DNA of 64,000 bases. Origin: an uncultured Candidatus Saccharibacteria bacterium (GTDB taxonomy: Bacteria > Patescibacteriota > Minisyncoccia > Phycocordibacterales > PCTT01). The stretch is taken from contig CAZMIM010000001.1 of the NCBI GenBank assembly GCA_964566505.1, positions 65,140 to 129,139 on the forward strand, given 5' to 3'. A model generated the notes under the pieces. The model had not been told where the DNA came from. It ran no database searches and saw only the letters and a list, made by a program, of their open reading frames with translations. The translations under genes and the position numbers were made by a program. This document shows positions 18,592 to 29,255 of the stretch, one piece after another. The first letter of the stretch is position 1; every line of letters begins with the position of its first letter.

Positions 18592-19167
18592 TTATAGATT
18601 TTTCAGAAAGCTTTTTCGGTGAATAGCACACTTTCCATGCTTTTTGACTGCTTTGAGGTGAGCTTTCGTGCCGTAGCCCTTATGAGTTTCAAATCCATAC
18701 TTGGGATACTTCTCCCCCATTTTCTCCATATATCTATCCCTGTGAACCTTTGCAACCACAGAAGCAAGCGATATGACTGGCTTCTTCTCGTCTCCTTTTA
18801 TAATAGTTTCTTGTTTTTTGAATCGTGCTGGCGCAGAAAGTCGCCCATCTAAAAATACTCCTGCATCTTTATCTACTCGTGAGAGTGTGCCACGAATCGC
18901 TTTTTTAATAGCACGCTCTATACCGTTTTTATCTATCTCTTTTGCAGAGACACTTCGAATATAAAAATTAATCAATCCTGACTTTCTCCACCCAACAGCT
19001 CGCTCATACCACTGCTCCCTTTTAAACTCCGTCATCTTTTTTGAGTCTTTTACTCCGCGAAGCAAATACGGAGAAAATCCCTTAGGAAGAACCACTGCAC
19101 ACACCGTAACAGGCCCCGCCACAGGACCTCTCCCTACTTCATCAATACCTACAACATATTTCGCCAT
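18592..19167 (-). CDS. rnhB: Ribonuclease HII
   Basis: GIDEVGRGP, DSKK, IIKGD, ASVVAKV.RD, HKGYGT. Confidence 0.96.
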   Translation of the reverse strand: MAKYVVGIDEVGRGPVAGPVTVCAVVLPKGFSPYLLRGVKDSKKMTEFKREQWYERAVGWRKSGLINFYIRSVSAKEIDKNGIERAIKKAIRGTLSRVDKDAGVFLDGRLSAPARFKKQETIIKGDEKKPVISLASVVAKVHRDRYMEKMGEKYPKYGFETHKGYGTKAHLKAVKKHGKCAIHRKSFLKNL

Positions 19168-19281
19168 ACTATTTCTACTATAGCATTAATACATCTCTGA
19201 TGTGCTCATGTATAATAGGTTCATCATGAGTCCCGATAGTGCTTGTTCTAAAAGAACATCGGGCATAGTTTTTCAATCTAA

Positions 19282-22200
19282 ATGACTCAAAAAACTCCAG
19301 AGAACAAACAAATAGAAAAAGAAAGTGGTTCGAACACTATCGGGATGAGCGGTTTTACTCACTTACACACACACTCACACTACTCACTTCTAAATGCGCT
19401 TCCCAAAATTCCGGAACTTGTAGCACGAGCAAAAGAAGAAAACATGACCGCTCTTGCTCTCACTGATGATGGAAATCTATACGGAGCAATACAGTTTTAT
19501 ACCGAGTGTAGAAAAAATGACATAAAGCCTATTATCGGTGCCGATATGTATATGGCGCTTCGCACACGTCACGACAAGCAAGCTGGTGTCGACAACAAAC
19601 GCTTCCGGCTTGTTCTACTTGCTAAAAATAGTATCGGCTATAAAAACCTAAAAGAGCTTGTGACTCGTGGATACACAGAAGGCTTTTACTACAAGCCCCG
19701 TATCGACCACGAGCTACTTTCAAAATATGGAGAAGGGATTATATGTATCGTTCCTTCATTTTCTGGAGAAATAATCGACAGGCTTAAAGTAAATGATGAG
19801 CAGGGCGCACTTGAAAAGCTTGCTCAATACAGCAATGTTTTTAAAGAAGGTGACCTTTACCTAGAACTCACGCACCATCCAGAAATCCCAGGCCACGAAG
19901 AAAACCAACAAAAACTCATATCTTTCGCACGAAAACACAATGTGCCACTGGTAGCGGCCCATGATGTGTATTACTTAGACCAAGATGATCGTTCTGCACG
20001 CGAAACTCTTGTATCAGTACAGTCTATGGGAAGCTTTTCTCGCAGTTCTCGTATTACAGACGGAGAAGAAGACTTTTCGTTCATATCACAGAGTCGTGCA
20101 AAGGAGCTCTTCAAACACACACCTGATGCACTTGAAAATGTAGAGAAAATCACCACCATGTGCGACCTAGAAATCACACTTGGTGAATGGGTATTCCCTG
20201 CCATTGAAACACCTGAAGGAAAATCTTATGACGAAGCACTTCGAGAGCTCGCGTACAACGGCTTTGAAAAAAGAGGTCTAGAAAAGACAGAAGATGCAGT
20301 AAAGCGACTTGATTATGAGCTTGGGATTATTAAAACAAAAGGATACTCACCATACTTTCTTATCGTTGCCGACTTGCTTCGATTTGCAGCAGAAAACAAA
20401 ATCCTTACAAACATTCGAGGTTCGGTTTCTGGTTCTTTGGTGACATATCTCTCAGGTATTACAAACATAAACCCCCTTGAATATAGAATTCCTTTTGAGC
20501 GATTCCTCAACCCAGATCGACCTTCTCCTCCTGATATCGATATGGACTTTGCCGATGATAGACGCGACGAGGTGATTGAATATGCACGAGAAAAGTACGG
20601 TCGCGACAAAGTTGCACAGATTGGAACATTTGGAACCATGATGGCGCGTGGTTCTGTGCGAGACACCGCACGAGCGCTCGGATATCCATATGATGTTGGT
20701 GACAAAATAGCAAAGCTCATCCCAATGGGCTCTCAAGGATTCCCAATGACCATAGAGCGTGCTCTTGAAATGGAGAAAGACCTCGAAGATTTGTATAAAA
20801 AAGATGCGGATGTAAAACGCATTATAGACATGGCACAAAAAATAGAGGGGTGTGCACGACATATTAGTGTTCATGCCGCGGGTGTTGTTATATCTCCTAC
20901 AGATATTACTGACTTCACTCCCCTTCAGGTTGATCCAAAAGGAGGAAAACTTATCACTCAGTTTGATATGCACGCCGTTGAGGACGCGGGCCTTTTGAAA
21001 TTTGACTTCTTGGGTCTGAAAAACCTAGCGATTTTGGCGAATGCAATGCGACTTGTGAAAAAATGGCGAGGAGTTGAAGTCTCTCTCGATAGCATTCCTC
21101 TTGATGATGAGAAAACATATCAAATGCTCACACGAGGAGAAACCATGGGGGTTTTCCAACTCAATGGACAAGGAATGACAAAGTTTCTAAAAGAGCTAAA
21201 GCCAACACGAGTGCAAGACATTCATGCAATGGTGGCGCTCTATCGACCGGGACCTATTCAATTCATCCCTCTATATATTCAGCGAAAACACAATCCGCAA
21301 ACAGTGACATACATGACACCAGAGCTTGAGCCTATCCTAAAGCAGACATATGGAGTGCTTGTGTACCAAGACGACCTTTTGATTATGGCTCATGAGCTTG
21401 CTGGATATTCATGGCTAGAAGTAGACAAGTTCCGAAAGGCTGTAGGTAAAAAGATTCCAGAGCTTATGGCAGAGCAAAAGGAAAAGTTTATTAAAGGGTG
21501 TATGGAAACAAGCAAATGGAGTCGTGAGAAGTCTGAAGAGATTTGGGCTTGGATTGAGCCATTTGCGGCATATGGTTTCAACAAAGCGCACTCTGTGAGC
21601 TATGGGCATGTGGCATACCAAACCGCCTACATGAAGGCGAACTACCCAGTGGAGTACATGACAGCTATCCTCACAGCAGACTCCGGAGATGTAGATAAAA
21701 TCCATGAGGCCGTAGAGGAATGTAAACGACTTGATATTGAAGTACTGCCACCAAGTATCAATGATAGTTTTGGAGCTTTCACTATTGTTCAAGAAGATGG
21801 AAAAGACAAAATCCGCTTTGGACTCTACTCTATTAAAAACTTTGGACAAGGTATTGGAGACACGATTATAGAAGAGAGAAAGCGTGGCGGGCAATTTACA
21901 TCTATCGCAAACTTCCTTGAGCGCATCACAGACAGGAACCTAAACAAAAAATCACTTGAGTCACTTATCAAAGCAGGTGCGCTAGATGCATTTGGTACTC
22001 GTGGAGAACTTCTTCACAATCTTGAAGGACTCCTTTTGTACAAAAAAGAGCACGAAGGTGGCACAGGAGCAGACACATCTCTATTCGCTCTTATGGATGA
22101 TACGAGCACGGTACCAACACTTAAGCTTGAGGAGGCAGAACCCGCACCACAAGAAGAAATGCTCGGGTGGGAAAAAGAACTCCTTGGTATGTATGTATCA

Positions 22201-22527
22201 GGTCACCCACTTGATCGCATAAGAGACAAACTCGAAAAAAGAGAGTTCACTATCGAGCGTATAAAAACAAAGATGCACAATGGCATGACAGTGGTAGCGT
22301 GTGGACTGGTAGAAGATGTAAAAGAAATACTTACCAAAAAAGGAGACCACATGGCATTTGTAAAAATCTCTGACTTCACAGGTTCAATAGAGATTGTGGT
22401 ATTTCCTGACACATACCAAAAATTCAAAGACATGTGCCAAACAGAGAAATGTGTTGCGATACGAGGAAAACTCTCTCATAGAAACGATACAGAGTCTGTA
22501 ATTGCCGATAGCATCAAAGAGATATAG
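19282..22527 (+). CDS. dnaE: DNA polymerase III alpha subunit
   Basis: HLHTHSHYSLL (PHP), PDIDMDF, LLKFDFLGL, YGFNKAH. Confidence 0.97.
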   Translation: MTQKTPENKQIEKESGSNTIGMSGFTHLHTHSHYSLLNALPKIPELVARAKEENMTALALTDDGNLYGAIQFYTECRKNDIKPIIGADMYMALRTRHDKQAGVDNKRFRLVLLAKNSIGYKNLKELVTRGYTEGFYYKPRIDHELLSKYGEGIICIVPSFSGEIIDRLKVNDEQGALEKLAQYSNVFKEGDLYLELTHHPEIPGHEENQQKLISFARKHNVPLVAAHDVYYLDQDDRSARETLVSVQSMGSFSRSSRITDGEEDFSFISQSRAKELFKHTPDALENVEKITTMCDLEITLGEWVFPAIETPEGKSYDEALRELAYNGFEKRGLEKTEDAVKRLDYELGIIKTKGYSPYFLIVADLLRFAAENKILTNIRGSVSGSLVTYLSGITNINPLEYRIPFERFLNPDRPSPPDIDMDFADDRRDEVIEYAREKYGRDKVAQIGTFGTMMARGSVRDTARALGYPYDVGDKIAKLIPMGSQGFPMTIERALEMEKDLEDLYKKDADVKRIIDMAQKIEGCARHISVHAAGVVISPTDITDFTPLQVDPKGGKLITQFDMHAVEDAGLLKFDFLGLKNLAILANAMRLVKKWRGVEVSLDSIPLDDEKTYQMLTRGETMGVFQLNGQGMTKFLKELKPTRVQDIHAMVALYRPGPIQFIPLYIQRKHNPQTVTYMTPELEPILKQTYGVLVYQDDLLIMAHELAGYSWLEVDKFRKAVGKKIPELMAEQKEKFIKGCMETSKWSREKSEEIWAWIEPFAAYGFNKAHSVSYGHVAYQTAYMKANYPVEYMTAILTADSGDVDKIHEAVEECKRLDIEVLPPSINDSFGAFTIVQEDGKDKIRFGLYSIKNFGQGIGDTIIEERKRGGQFTSIANFLERITDRNLNKKSLESLIKAGALDAFGTRGELLHNLEGLLLYKKEHEGGTGADTSLFALMDDTSTVPTLKLEEAEPAPQEEMLGWEKELLGMYVSGHPLDRIRDKLEKREFTIERIKTKMHNGMTVVACGLVEDVKEILTKKGDHMAFVKISDFTGSIEIVVFPDTYQKFKDMCQTEKCVAIRGKLSHRNDTESVIADSIKEI

Positions 22528-22561
22528 TAGAAGCTTCTATACTCTGATATGATAATCCTAT

Positions 22562-24295
22562 ATGAAAAAGAACACCGAACTTGAATACAAAAGACACACA
22601 CTCGCTCACCTATTGGCTGCAGCGGTAAAAGAGATGCACCCAGATGCAAAACCAACTATTGGCCCAGCCGTTGATAATGGTTTTTATTATGATTTTGAGT
22701 TTAGTACTCCTATAAAAGAGGAAGACTTGAAGAAGCTCGAGAAGAAAATGAAAAAACTTCTTCCTTCATGGATAGAATTCACACACAAAGAAGTTTCAGC
22801 TGATGAAGCTCGAGAATATTTCAAAGACAATCCATACAAAATTGAGCTTATAGATGAGCTTGAAAAAGAAGGTTCTACCATCACGCTATATACTTCAGGA
22901 GAATTCACAGACCTATGTCGTGGAGGACACTCAGAAAATCCATCAAAAGATATAGATGCTAATGCATTTACACTCTCACACCTTGCGGGAGCATACTGGA
23001 GAGGAAATGAGGAGAATACAATGCTTACACGTATTTATGGTGTAGCTTTTGATACTAAAGGCGAGCTAGAGGAATACCAAGAGATGCAAGAGGAGGCAAA
23101 AAAGCGAGACCACCGAAAGCTTGGTAAAGAGCTAGACCTATTTACATTCTCAGACCTTGTAGGGCCAGGACTCCCACTGTGGACACCGAAGGGAACGCTC
23201 ATGACTGATTTGATTATGGAGAAAATCATGGACATCCATAAAGACTACGGATATGAAAAGGTACGAATCCCCCACCTTACAAAACCAGACCTGTACAAAA
23301 CATCAGGACACTGGGACAAATTTGGAGATGAGCTATTTCATGTAACAGGAAAAGCTGGTGGTGAGTTTGTGGTAAAGCCTATGAACTGCCCACATCACAC
23401 ACAGATTTTTGCCTCACAACCACGAAGCTATCGTGACCTACCACAAAGATATATGGAGCTTGGAGTTGTATATCGAGACGAGCAAGCAGGAGAATTACTT
23501 GGACTTTCACGAGTGCGTTCTATAACTATGGATGACGCTCATGTATTTTGTCGTCCAGATCAAATAGAAGATGAAATCAAAAATATCGTAAAGGCAATCA
23601 AAGACTTCTATGGTGCATTTGGAATGCTTGAAGAAGGAAAATATTGGGTTTCACTATCTGTTCGTGACCCAGAAACAAAAGATAAATACCTTGGAGATGA
23701 TGCTATTTGGGAGCAGTCAGAAAAAGCTCTTGAAAAAATAGCAAAAGAAGAAGGGCTTGAGTACGAGCGAGTAGAAGGAGAAGCAGCGTTTTATGGTCCT
23801 AAGCTTGATTTTATGTTCTATGACGCACTTGGACGCCAACGACAACTTGGTACAGCACAGTTAGACTTCAATATGCCTGCTCGATTTGAGCTTGAATATA
23901 CAGATAGTGACGGTTCAAAGAAAACACCTGTGATGATTCACCGAGCAATTGCTGGTTCTATGGAGCGTTTTATGTCTGTAATGATTGAACACTTTGCAGG
24001 TGCATTCCCATACTGGCTCTCACCTGTACAAGTACATATTCTTCCTATTGCAGAAGCACATGAAGAATATGCTCATGAAGTACTAAAGGAGCTTGAAGAG
24101 AAAGGAGTACGAGCAGAAATCTCTACTGGAGACAGTCTAGGTAAACGAATCCGAAACTGGAATGTATCAAAAGTGCCATATGCATTTGTGATTGGCGACG
24201 CAGAAGTAACAGACAAAGAAATAACTGTCGAGTCACGAGACGATGGCAAGATTGGGTCTATGGATATTGAAGACTTTCTTAGTAAAGTTAAGTAA
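22562..24295 (+). CDS. thrS: Threonine--tRNA ligase
   Basis: RDHRKLG, KPMNCPHH, AFYGPKLD, HRAIAGSMERF. Confidence 0.97.
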   Translation: MKKNTELEYKRHTLAHLLAAAVKEMHPDAKPTIGPAVDNGFYYDFEFSTPIKEEDLKKLEKKMKKLLPSWIEFTHKEVSADEAREYFKDNPYKIELIDELEKEGSTITLYTSGEFTDLCRGGHSENPSKDIDANAFTLSHLAGAYWRGNEENTMLTRIYGVAFDTKGELEEYQEMQEEAKKRDHRKLGKELDLFTFSDLVGPGLPLWTPKGTLMTDLIMEKIMDIHKDYGYEKVRIPHLTKPDLYKTSGHWDKFGDELFHVTGKAGGEFVVKPMNCPHHTQIFASQPRSYRDLPQRYMELGVVYRDEQAGELLGLSRVRSITMDDAHVFCRPDQIEDEIKNIVKAIKDFYGAFGMLEEGKYWVSLSVRDPETKDKYLGDDAIWEQSEKALEKIAKEEGLEYERVEGEAAFYGPKLDFMFYDALGRQRQLGTAQLDFNMPARFELEYTDSDGSKKTPVMIHRAIAGSMERFMSVMIEHFAGAFPYWLSPVQVHILPIAEAHEEYAHEVLKELEEKGVRAEISTGDSLGKRIRNWNVSKVPYAFVIGDAEVTDKEITVESRDDGKIGSMDIEDFLSKVK

Positions 24296-24344
24296 AAACG
24301 CGGTGATTGTTTAAAACAATCACCGCGTTTAACAAGATTGAGGA

Positions 24345-25403
24345 TTAACCGTTGTCCGACTGAAGCTGCTCTAGAGCAAACTGAGCGATACTCAAATTTT
24401 TTCGAATATCTTTCAGGTTTAACTCCGTGCGCTTTAGATCAAGCTCAACTTCCTTGTAACGACTACTAGCATGCTTCTCTTCTGTTTCCAGATTCAGTAT
24501 GTATTGCTTCAAATCCGCAATACTTGCACTGGAAAAGAATGGAAAAGGTCTGCCAGCATCTTCTGTAACCCTTTCTTGATCTTCGGTCTTTCTCTGAAAA
24601 TCATCTGATGAATCAGGAACGTCTGCAGGTCTCCATTTTTCAGGAGCCATAACCCAAATTTTTTGTCCTGACGTTCTGCCAGACAAAGAAATTTGACCAC
24701 CGCCAGCAAGACGTTTTTTGCTTTTGGAAACAACGGCTCTCATTGAAGCTCGAACACCTGAGATTATTTTCTTTTTCTGCAAATGTTCCAAGGCTAATGG
24801 AGTGATGTTGTAGGAATTTCCTACAAACCAAAAATACTCATCGCCTTTACGTTTCCATCGTTTTGTATCATCTTCTGAAAAAGACTCACAGGCCTTATCC
24901 CTAAGAAAATCTAACAACTCAGAATCGAGAGTATTCAAATTTACTTTGTTGTTAGATCCTTCAGGCTTATTACGTCTAAAGACTTCAGCTTGTTCGGCGA
25001 TATACTCAAGCAAATCAAAAGATTCACCAAGAACTTTTGACATGTCTTCATTTATTGCTTGAGCAAATCTGTTCTCTGATGGATTCAGAAGAATAACAAG
25101 CTTAAGTTTACAGGCAAAATTGGAGACCTCCTTATACTGTGAATCATTTTGGTCGGCGAAACCTCTGTTGGCTGAAGTTCGTTCACCATACACATGGTAT
25201 TGCAAAAATGGCCAAAGATGTTTCAAGTTGCCCCAGGGAGACCCGCCTCTTCCGCGTTTTGGTATAAGAGTGCTAGAAAGCTTGTCACAAAGCTTTTTTC
25301 CAGCATTTTCCCAGCTACCTCGAACTCCCTTTGTTCCATACAGCTCATCAAGTAATTCCCGATGCTCTGCAAGCAAAGAAGGTTTTGTGGGTATAATAGA
25401 CAT
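24345..25403 (-). CDS. Hypothetical protein with a C-terminal coiled coil
   Basis: 352-aa ORF, GAGGT SD, shared palindromic terminator at ~24297-24331. Confidence 0.65.
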   Translation of the reverse strand: MSIIPTKPSLLAEHRELLDELYGTKGVRGSWENAGKKLCDKLSSTLIPKRGRGGSPWGNLKHLWPFLQYHVYGERTSANRGFADQNDSQYKEVSNFACKLKLVILLNPSENRFAQAINEDMSKVLGESFDLLEYIAEQAEVFRRNKPEGSNNKVNLNTLDSELLDFLRDKACESFSEDDTKRWKRKGDEYFWFVGNSYNITPLALEHLQKKKIISGVRASMRAVVSKSKKRLAGGGQISLSGRTSGQKIWVMAPEKWRPADVPDSSDDFQRKTEDQERVTEDAGRPFPFFSSASIADLKQYILNLETEEKHASSRYKEVELDLKRTELNLKDIRKNLSIAQFALEQLQSDNG

Positions 25404-25469
25404 TGCTAACCTCTCTTGTTTTATGAATGTTCCTGTCTATAAAGTTTATAGCTTAAAATATGAATTTTG

Positions 25470-26195
25470 TCAATAATTAAATTTTAGAGTAGAACGAGCT
25501 TCTACTAAACCATTCTCCACGAGTACTTTTCTAATCTCTCGATACCACAGACCATAGCCATGGTCAGAAAGATGCAGACCATCTTCTGCATAAATACTTA
25601 TCTCATCAGGACGCGCAAAGATTTCTTTGCGCGTTTGGAATAGATCTACATAGTAGACATTTTCTTGTTCTGCTACTTGTGCAAATATATCGCGAGCATT
25701 TTGCGAGCGAACCTCATAGTATCTACTAATAGGCCATGGGAAGAACTCTACCCCGCCAATATTGCCCGAGGTCACCCACACCACACTATCAGCTAGCTCT
25801 TTTGCTCTTTTTATAGCTGTCTCTGCATCTTCTTGGAGAATTTCATACGGAGTGTGATATAAAACATCATTTGCACCAAGTTGTAGAACGATAATGTCAT
25901 AGTCTGTATCTAAATCGACTGTAGTGCTTATAAACTCAAAAAGCCGTAGACCATTTTCTGAAATATTTTCTATTGAAAAATCTTGGAACTCTCTTGCAAG
26001 CCTACCTGCTGTTGTAAATTTTGGACTACTTGCACCCGTTCCATACGCAGTAGAATCACCAGCAAATAAAACTTTCTGTTTTGGATTTTCTATAACACGC
26101 TCAAACGGCACAGCCTCTTGGGCTAGCCTGCTTCCTATCACATAATAAGTGGCAATTTGTGCAAAAAGAGCAACAGCCAAAAGTACTTTGAGCAC
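25470..26195 (-). CDS. SGNH/GDSL hydrolase
   Basis: FAGDST, LGAND, DGLHLS..GY. Confidence 0.88.
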   Translation of the reverse strand: MLKVLLAVALFAQIATYYVIGSRLAQEAVPFERVIENPKQKVLFAGDSTAYGTGASSPKFTTAGRLAREFQDFSIENISENGLRLFEFISTTVDLDTDYDIIVLQLGANDVLYHTPYEILQEDAETAIKRAKELADSVVWVTSGNIGGVEFFPWPISRYYEVRSQNARDIFAQVAEQENVYYVDLFQTRKEIFARPDEISIYAEDGLHLSDHGYGLWYREIRKVLVENGLVEARSTLKFNY

Positions 26196-26230
26196 AATTA
26201 TCGCAATGATGCCCTGCTTGAGAGTAATAA

Positions 26231-26695
26231 TTAGTTAAGTAGAAAGATAGAGAAGTTGAGCACACTCGCAAATGTAATCCACAATAGATAAGGTATCAAA
26301 AGATACATGCTTGGCTTGTAGATGCGCCAAATCTGCTCCATAAGAACCACAAGTGTTGCAATCATAAGAATGATTATCATGAATGCTCCAAGGATGTTGT
26401 GCATTCCAAAAAATACAATAGACCAGAGCGCATTTAAAACCATGTGGAAGATAAATAGGTTGCGTGTAGTTTTGTATCGTTTGAATCCCTTATTCCACAA
26501 GAAAAAGAATGAGAGCCCTATTAGGAAATAGAGAATATTCCAAACAGGTCCAAAGACCCAGTTTGGTGGAGAAAACCATGGACGCACCAGAGTTTCGTAC
26601 CAAGTATCTATGTTTGGAAATGTAGCAAGAGAACCTATGGCTCCTGCTACATATGCAAATACCAATGAAAATAAAAATTTGAGACCATTAGACAT
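26231..26695 (-). CDS. tspO: TspO/MBR tryptophan-rich sensory protein
   Basis: WY..L.RP.FSPPNWVFGPVW...LIPYLLW..FA..LN. Confidence 0.92.
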   Translation of the reverse strand: MSNGLKFLFSLVFAYVAGAIGSLATFPNIDTWYETLVRPWFSPPNWVFGPVWNILYFLIGLSFFFLWNKGFKRYKTTRNLFIFHMVLNALWSIVFFGMHNILGAFMIIILMIATLVVLMEQIWRIYKPSMYLLIPYLLWITFASVLNFSIFLLN

Positions 26696-26765
26696 ATTCT
26701 CTATTGTATCGACTCGCATACAAAAACACCACCGCAAAAGGTGGTGTTTTTGTGAATTATTATAA

Positions 26766-26933
26766 TTATTGATCTTCCTTAGGAAGAATTCGATACATTC
26801 CTGTATCGCACTCTGCGCATTTACCTTTAGCTGCTTTTCTTCCGTTCTTCATAGTAACAATTTCTACGTTTACCATGTCTCGCCCAGCTTTATCTCGGCA
26901 CTTTACGCAATATCCTCGATATTGTTTATCCAT
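26766..26933 (-). CDS. Small zinc-ribbon protein (DUF5679-like)
   Basis: YCVKCR...MKNGR.A.KGKC..C.T.MYRI. Confidence 0.8.
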   Translation of the reverse strand: MDKQYRGYCVKCRDKAGRDMVNVEIVTMKNGRKAAKGKCAECDTGMYRILPKEDQ

Positions 26934-27027
26934 ATCATTCTTATACCACATATTTTTTATTCAAACAAGATATCCACAGAGTAAAACCGCCTGGTTTCCA
27001 AAGAAACCAGGCGGCCTATTTTTGAGA

Positions 27028-27768
27028 TTAGTCGAAGCGCCGAACAAGCTCAAGCTCGTGAAGTGGCTTTGTTGCAGACTCCACCACAGCGTCAGCTATC
27101 AACGACATAGGCGTAAATGAGGCAAACATTGCCTCAATTTTGTCAGGACTATCAGAATACTTTTTCTCAAGCCACTTACGCATAGCGGGTGTTTGCATTG
27201 CTCCTGGTTGGAAATCAACTAAACGCATTTTTTCATCACCCTTACTTCGAAGTTCGAAATCAAGGTTTTTCATAAACGCGCTTGCGCCATGCTTTACAGG
27301 AGCATATAGCAAATTTCCTTCCAAAAGCTTGTACACCACATGCGACGAGAAGTGAATTAGGGTCCCTCCTTCATCTTGCTTTTGAATATAGTCTTTAGCA
27401 ACAAGAGCTACATTAAAAAGAGCGTCGAGAAAAACCTTTCGATAAACATTATATCGACCCAGGATCTCTTCAAGAGACAAGTTATCTTCAAGTTCACTCC
27501 ATTCACCAGCACAAACAACAACGAGTTTAATATCACCAAGTATCGATGAGTATTTAAAGAGGTTCTTTACATCTTCAATTTCGCTGGAGTCACCTGAGAA
27601 CACATAAGTGTTCCCATCTGTGTCACTTGAAAGTGCCTCGAGTTTGTCTTTGTTTCGTGCAGAAAGTACGACGTGCATACCTTCTAAAGCGAGTCGCCGA
27701 GCAATAGGTTCACCGACACCGCCGGTAGCACCCACCACTATTGCAACTCTGTCTTTGATAGTTCTCAT
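27028..27768 (-). CDS. Short-chain dehydrogenase/reductase
   Basis: GATGGVG, YxxxK (YAPVK), PG...T motifs. Confidence 0.85.
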   Translation of the reverse strand: MRTIKDRVAIVVGATGGVGEPIARRLALEGMHVVLSARNKDKLEALSSDTDGNTYVFSGDSSEIEDVKNLFKYSSILGDIKLVVVCAGEWSELEDNLSLEEILGRYNVYRKVFLDALFNVALVAKDYIQKQDEGGTLIHFSSHVVYKLLEGNLLYAPVKHGASAFMKNLDFELRSKGDEKMRLVDFQPGAMQTPAMRKWLEKKYSDSPDKIEAMFASFTPMSLIADAVVESATKPLHELELVRRFD

Positions 27769-27864
27769 AGTTTCTTAAGAAGGTTTTACATTTAACTTCG
27801 CGCTATTATACCATCGCTTTTCATCCACAAAAGAAAAAGCTTGGTATGTATTTCAACACCAAGC

Positions 27865-28287
27865 TTATTTAAATGGAAGAATGTCTTTAAACAAATCTGT
27901 ATTTCGTGAAAGTCGAGATACTCCACATGAATCAAGTCCTGAAGAATTTTCTAAAGTCGGGTCTGCACCGACAGACAGAAGAAATTTTACAACCTCTACT
28001 CTGCCTTCATAGATTGCAAACATTAAAGCTGTCCATCCATTATAGCCTTGAATATTTACATCGGCACCAAGAGACAATAACTCTTCTGCAACACTCTGGT
28101 GAATTGCCATGAGCCAAGCAATCCAACCAAAACGCTCAGCAAGCTCTATGTCCACATAGTAGTGATACATAAGTCCTTCATAAATTTCTTCAAGTGTTGC
28201 CTCTCTGTTTTTGAAATACTGTTTAAATTTTGATTGTCCACCCTTACAGGCAGAATAATCTTCCAAGAAATCGCCTGTTATTTTCAT
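27865..28287 (-). CDS. Ankyrin-repeat protein
   Basis: LLSLGADVN...GWTALMFA...VVKFLLSVGADP. Confidence 0.8.
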   Translation of the reverse strand: MKITGDFLEDYSACKGGQSKFKQYFKNREATLEEIYEGLMYHYYVDIELAERFGWIAWLMAIHQSVAEELLSLGADVNIQGYNGWTALMFAIYEGRVEVVKFLLSVGADPTLENSSGLDSCGVSRLSRNTDLFKDILPFK

Positions 28288-28354
28288 GATGGTTATAAGG
28301 TTCAATTTTTGTTTCTACACAAACATAAACGCTGGTCTATTTAATGTCAACATT

Positions 28355-28383
28355 CAACGGCTCATTTTGAAAATGAGCCGTTG
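28355..28383. repeat. Family 2 hairpin
   Basis: CAACGGCTCATTTTGAAAATGAGCCGTTG. Confidence 0.8.
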
Positions 28384-28421
28384 CTTTTATTCGGTTTTTT
28401 AGTAGAATGTTTTTTATTGCT

Positions 28422-28495
28422 GGGCCTGTAGCTCACTTGGCTAGAGCGCCTCACTTGCACTGAGGAGGTAGCAGGTTCGATTCCTGTCAGGTCCA
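28422..28495 (+). tRNA. tRNA-Ala(UGC)
   Basis: Acceptor stem GGGCCTG/CAGGTCC with G3:U70; anticodon arm CCTCA-CTTGCAC-TGAGG; T loop GGTTCGATTCC; CCA not encoded. Confidence 0.96.
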
Positions 28496-28558
28496 CATAA
28501 AATGAAAAAGCACCCTACTTACAATGTAAGTGGGGTGCTTTTTTTGAGATTATTAGTC

Positions 28559-28828
28559 TCAAGAGGGGTCTTCAATCTTATTTTGATATTCTACACGAGC
28601 CAACCATCCAGCAAACCCCCCAAAAACCAGAGAGCCTCCAATCCATACAACCAACATTAATGATGGAGTCATGATGGGATTAATACCGATATGGTCTGAC
28701 ATCATTAAGTCAAAAAAATATGTGACAGCCAAAACTATTCCTGAAAGAAAAAAGCAAAAAACAAGACGTCCGGCAAAGACTAAGAGAACATCATAAAGAA
28801 TGTCCTTCTCGTACTGTGTTTTAGGCAT
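28559..28828 (-). CDS. Small two-TM hypothetical protein
   Basis: Two hydrophobic helices, flanked by hairpins. Confidence 0.55.
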   Translation of the reverse strand: MPKTQYEKDILYDVLLVFAGRLVFCFFLSGIVLAVTYFFDLMMSDHIGINPIMTPSLMLVVWIGGSLVFGGFAGWLARVEYQNKIEDPS

Positions 28829-28904
28829 GGTGTATACCGTTTTAGTTTACATTTCCGAAAATATAATACCATATTTATGCAAAAAAGCAATCCCCCACCC
28901 TGCG

Positions 28905-29192
28905 TCATGCAGAATGAGGGATTTTGTTTTTACGGCGTACCATATATATTCCCGTATTGTTGGGAGTCAGAGAAAGCATTGCCGCAAATGAGATGATAAA
29001 CGAAAAGAAGCTTGTACCAAGAGCGGTAACTAGCATCTTTTCAGTTAGTCCTAAAGAAAACAACCACTCGGCACCCCATGTTCCTAAAAACAAAATAATG
29101 CTTACAGATATCATAGATAAAGTAAGCGCAAGGGCTGTAAGGATTGTGGTCATTTGGAACAGAAATCTCAAAAACTTCTTAAGAGAGTTCAT
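28905..29192 (-). CDS. Small two-TM hypothetical protein
   Basis: GGAGGT SD before MNSLKK; hydrophobic segments. Confidence 0.55.
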   Translation of the reverse strand: MNSLKKFLRFLFQMTTILTALALTLSMISVSIILFLGTWGAEWLFSLGLTEKMLVTALGTSFFSFIISFAAMLSLTPNNTGIYMVRRKNKIPHSA

Positions 29193-29255
29193 ATTAACCT
29201 CCGTTTGAATGTTCGTACTGTAAACCACAGTACGCCAAAAGAGTCTTTTTAGCAA

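Noticed and set aside
19282-22527. Intein or intron in dnaE
   Set aside because: Length and motif spacing are normal; no insertion seen
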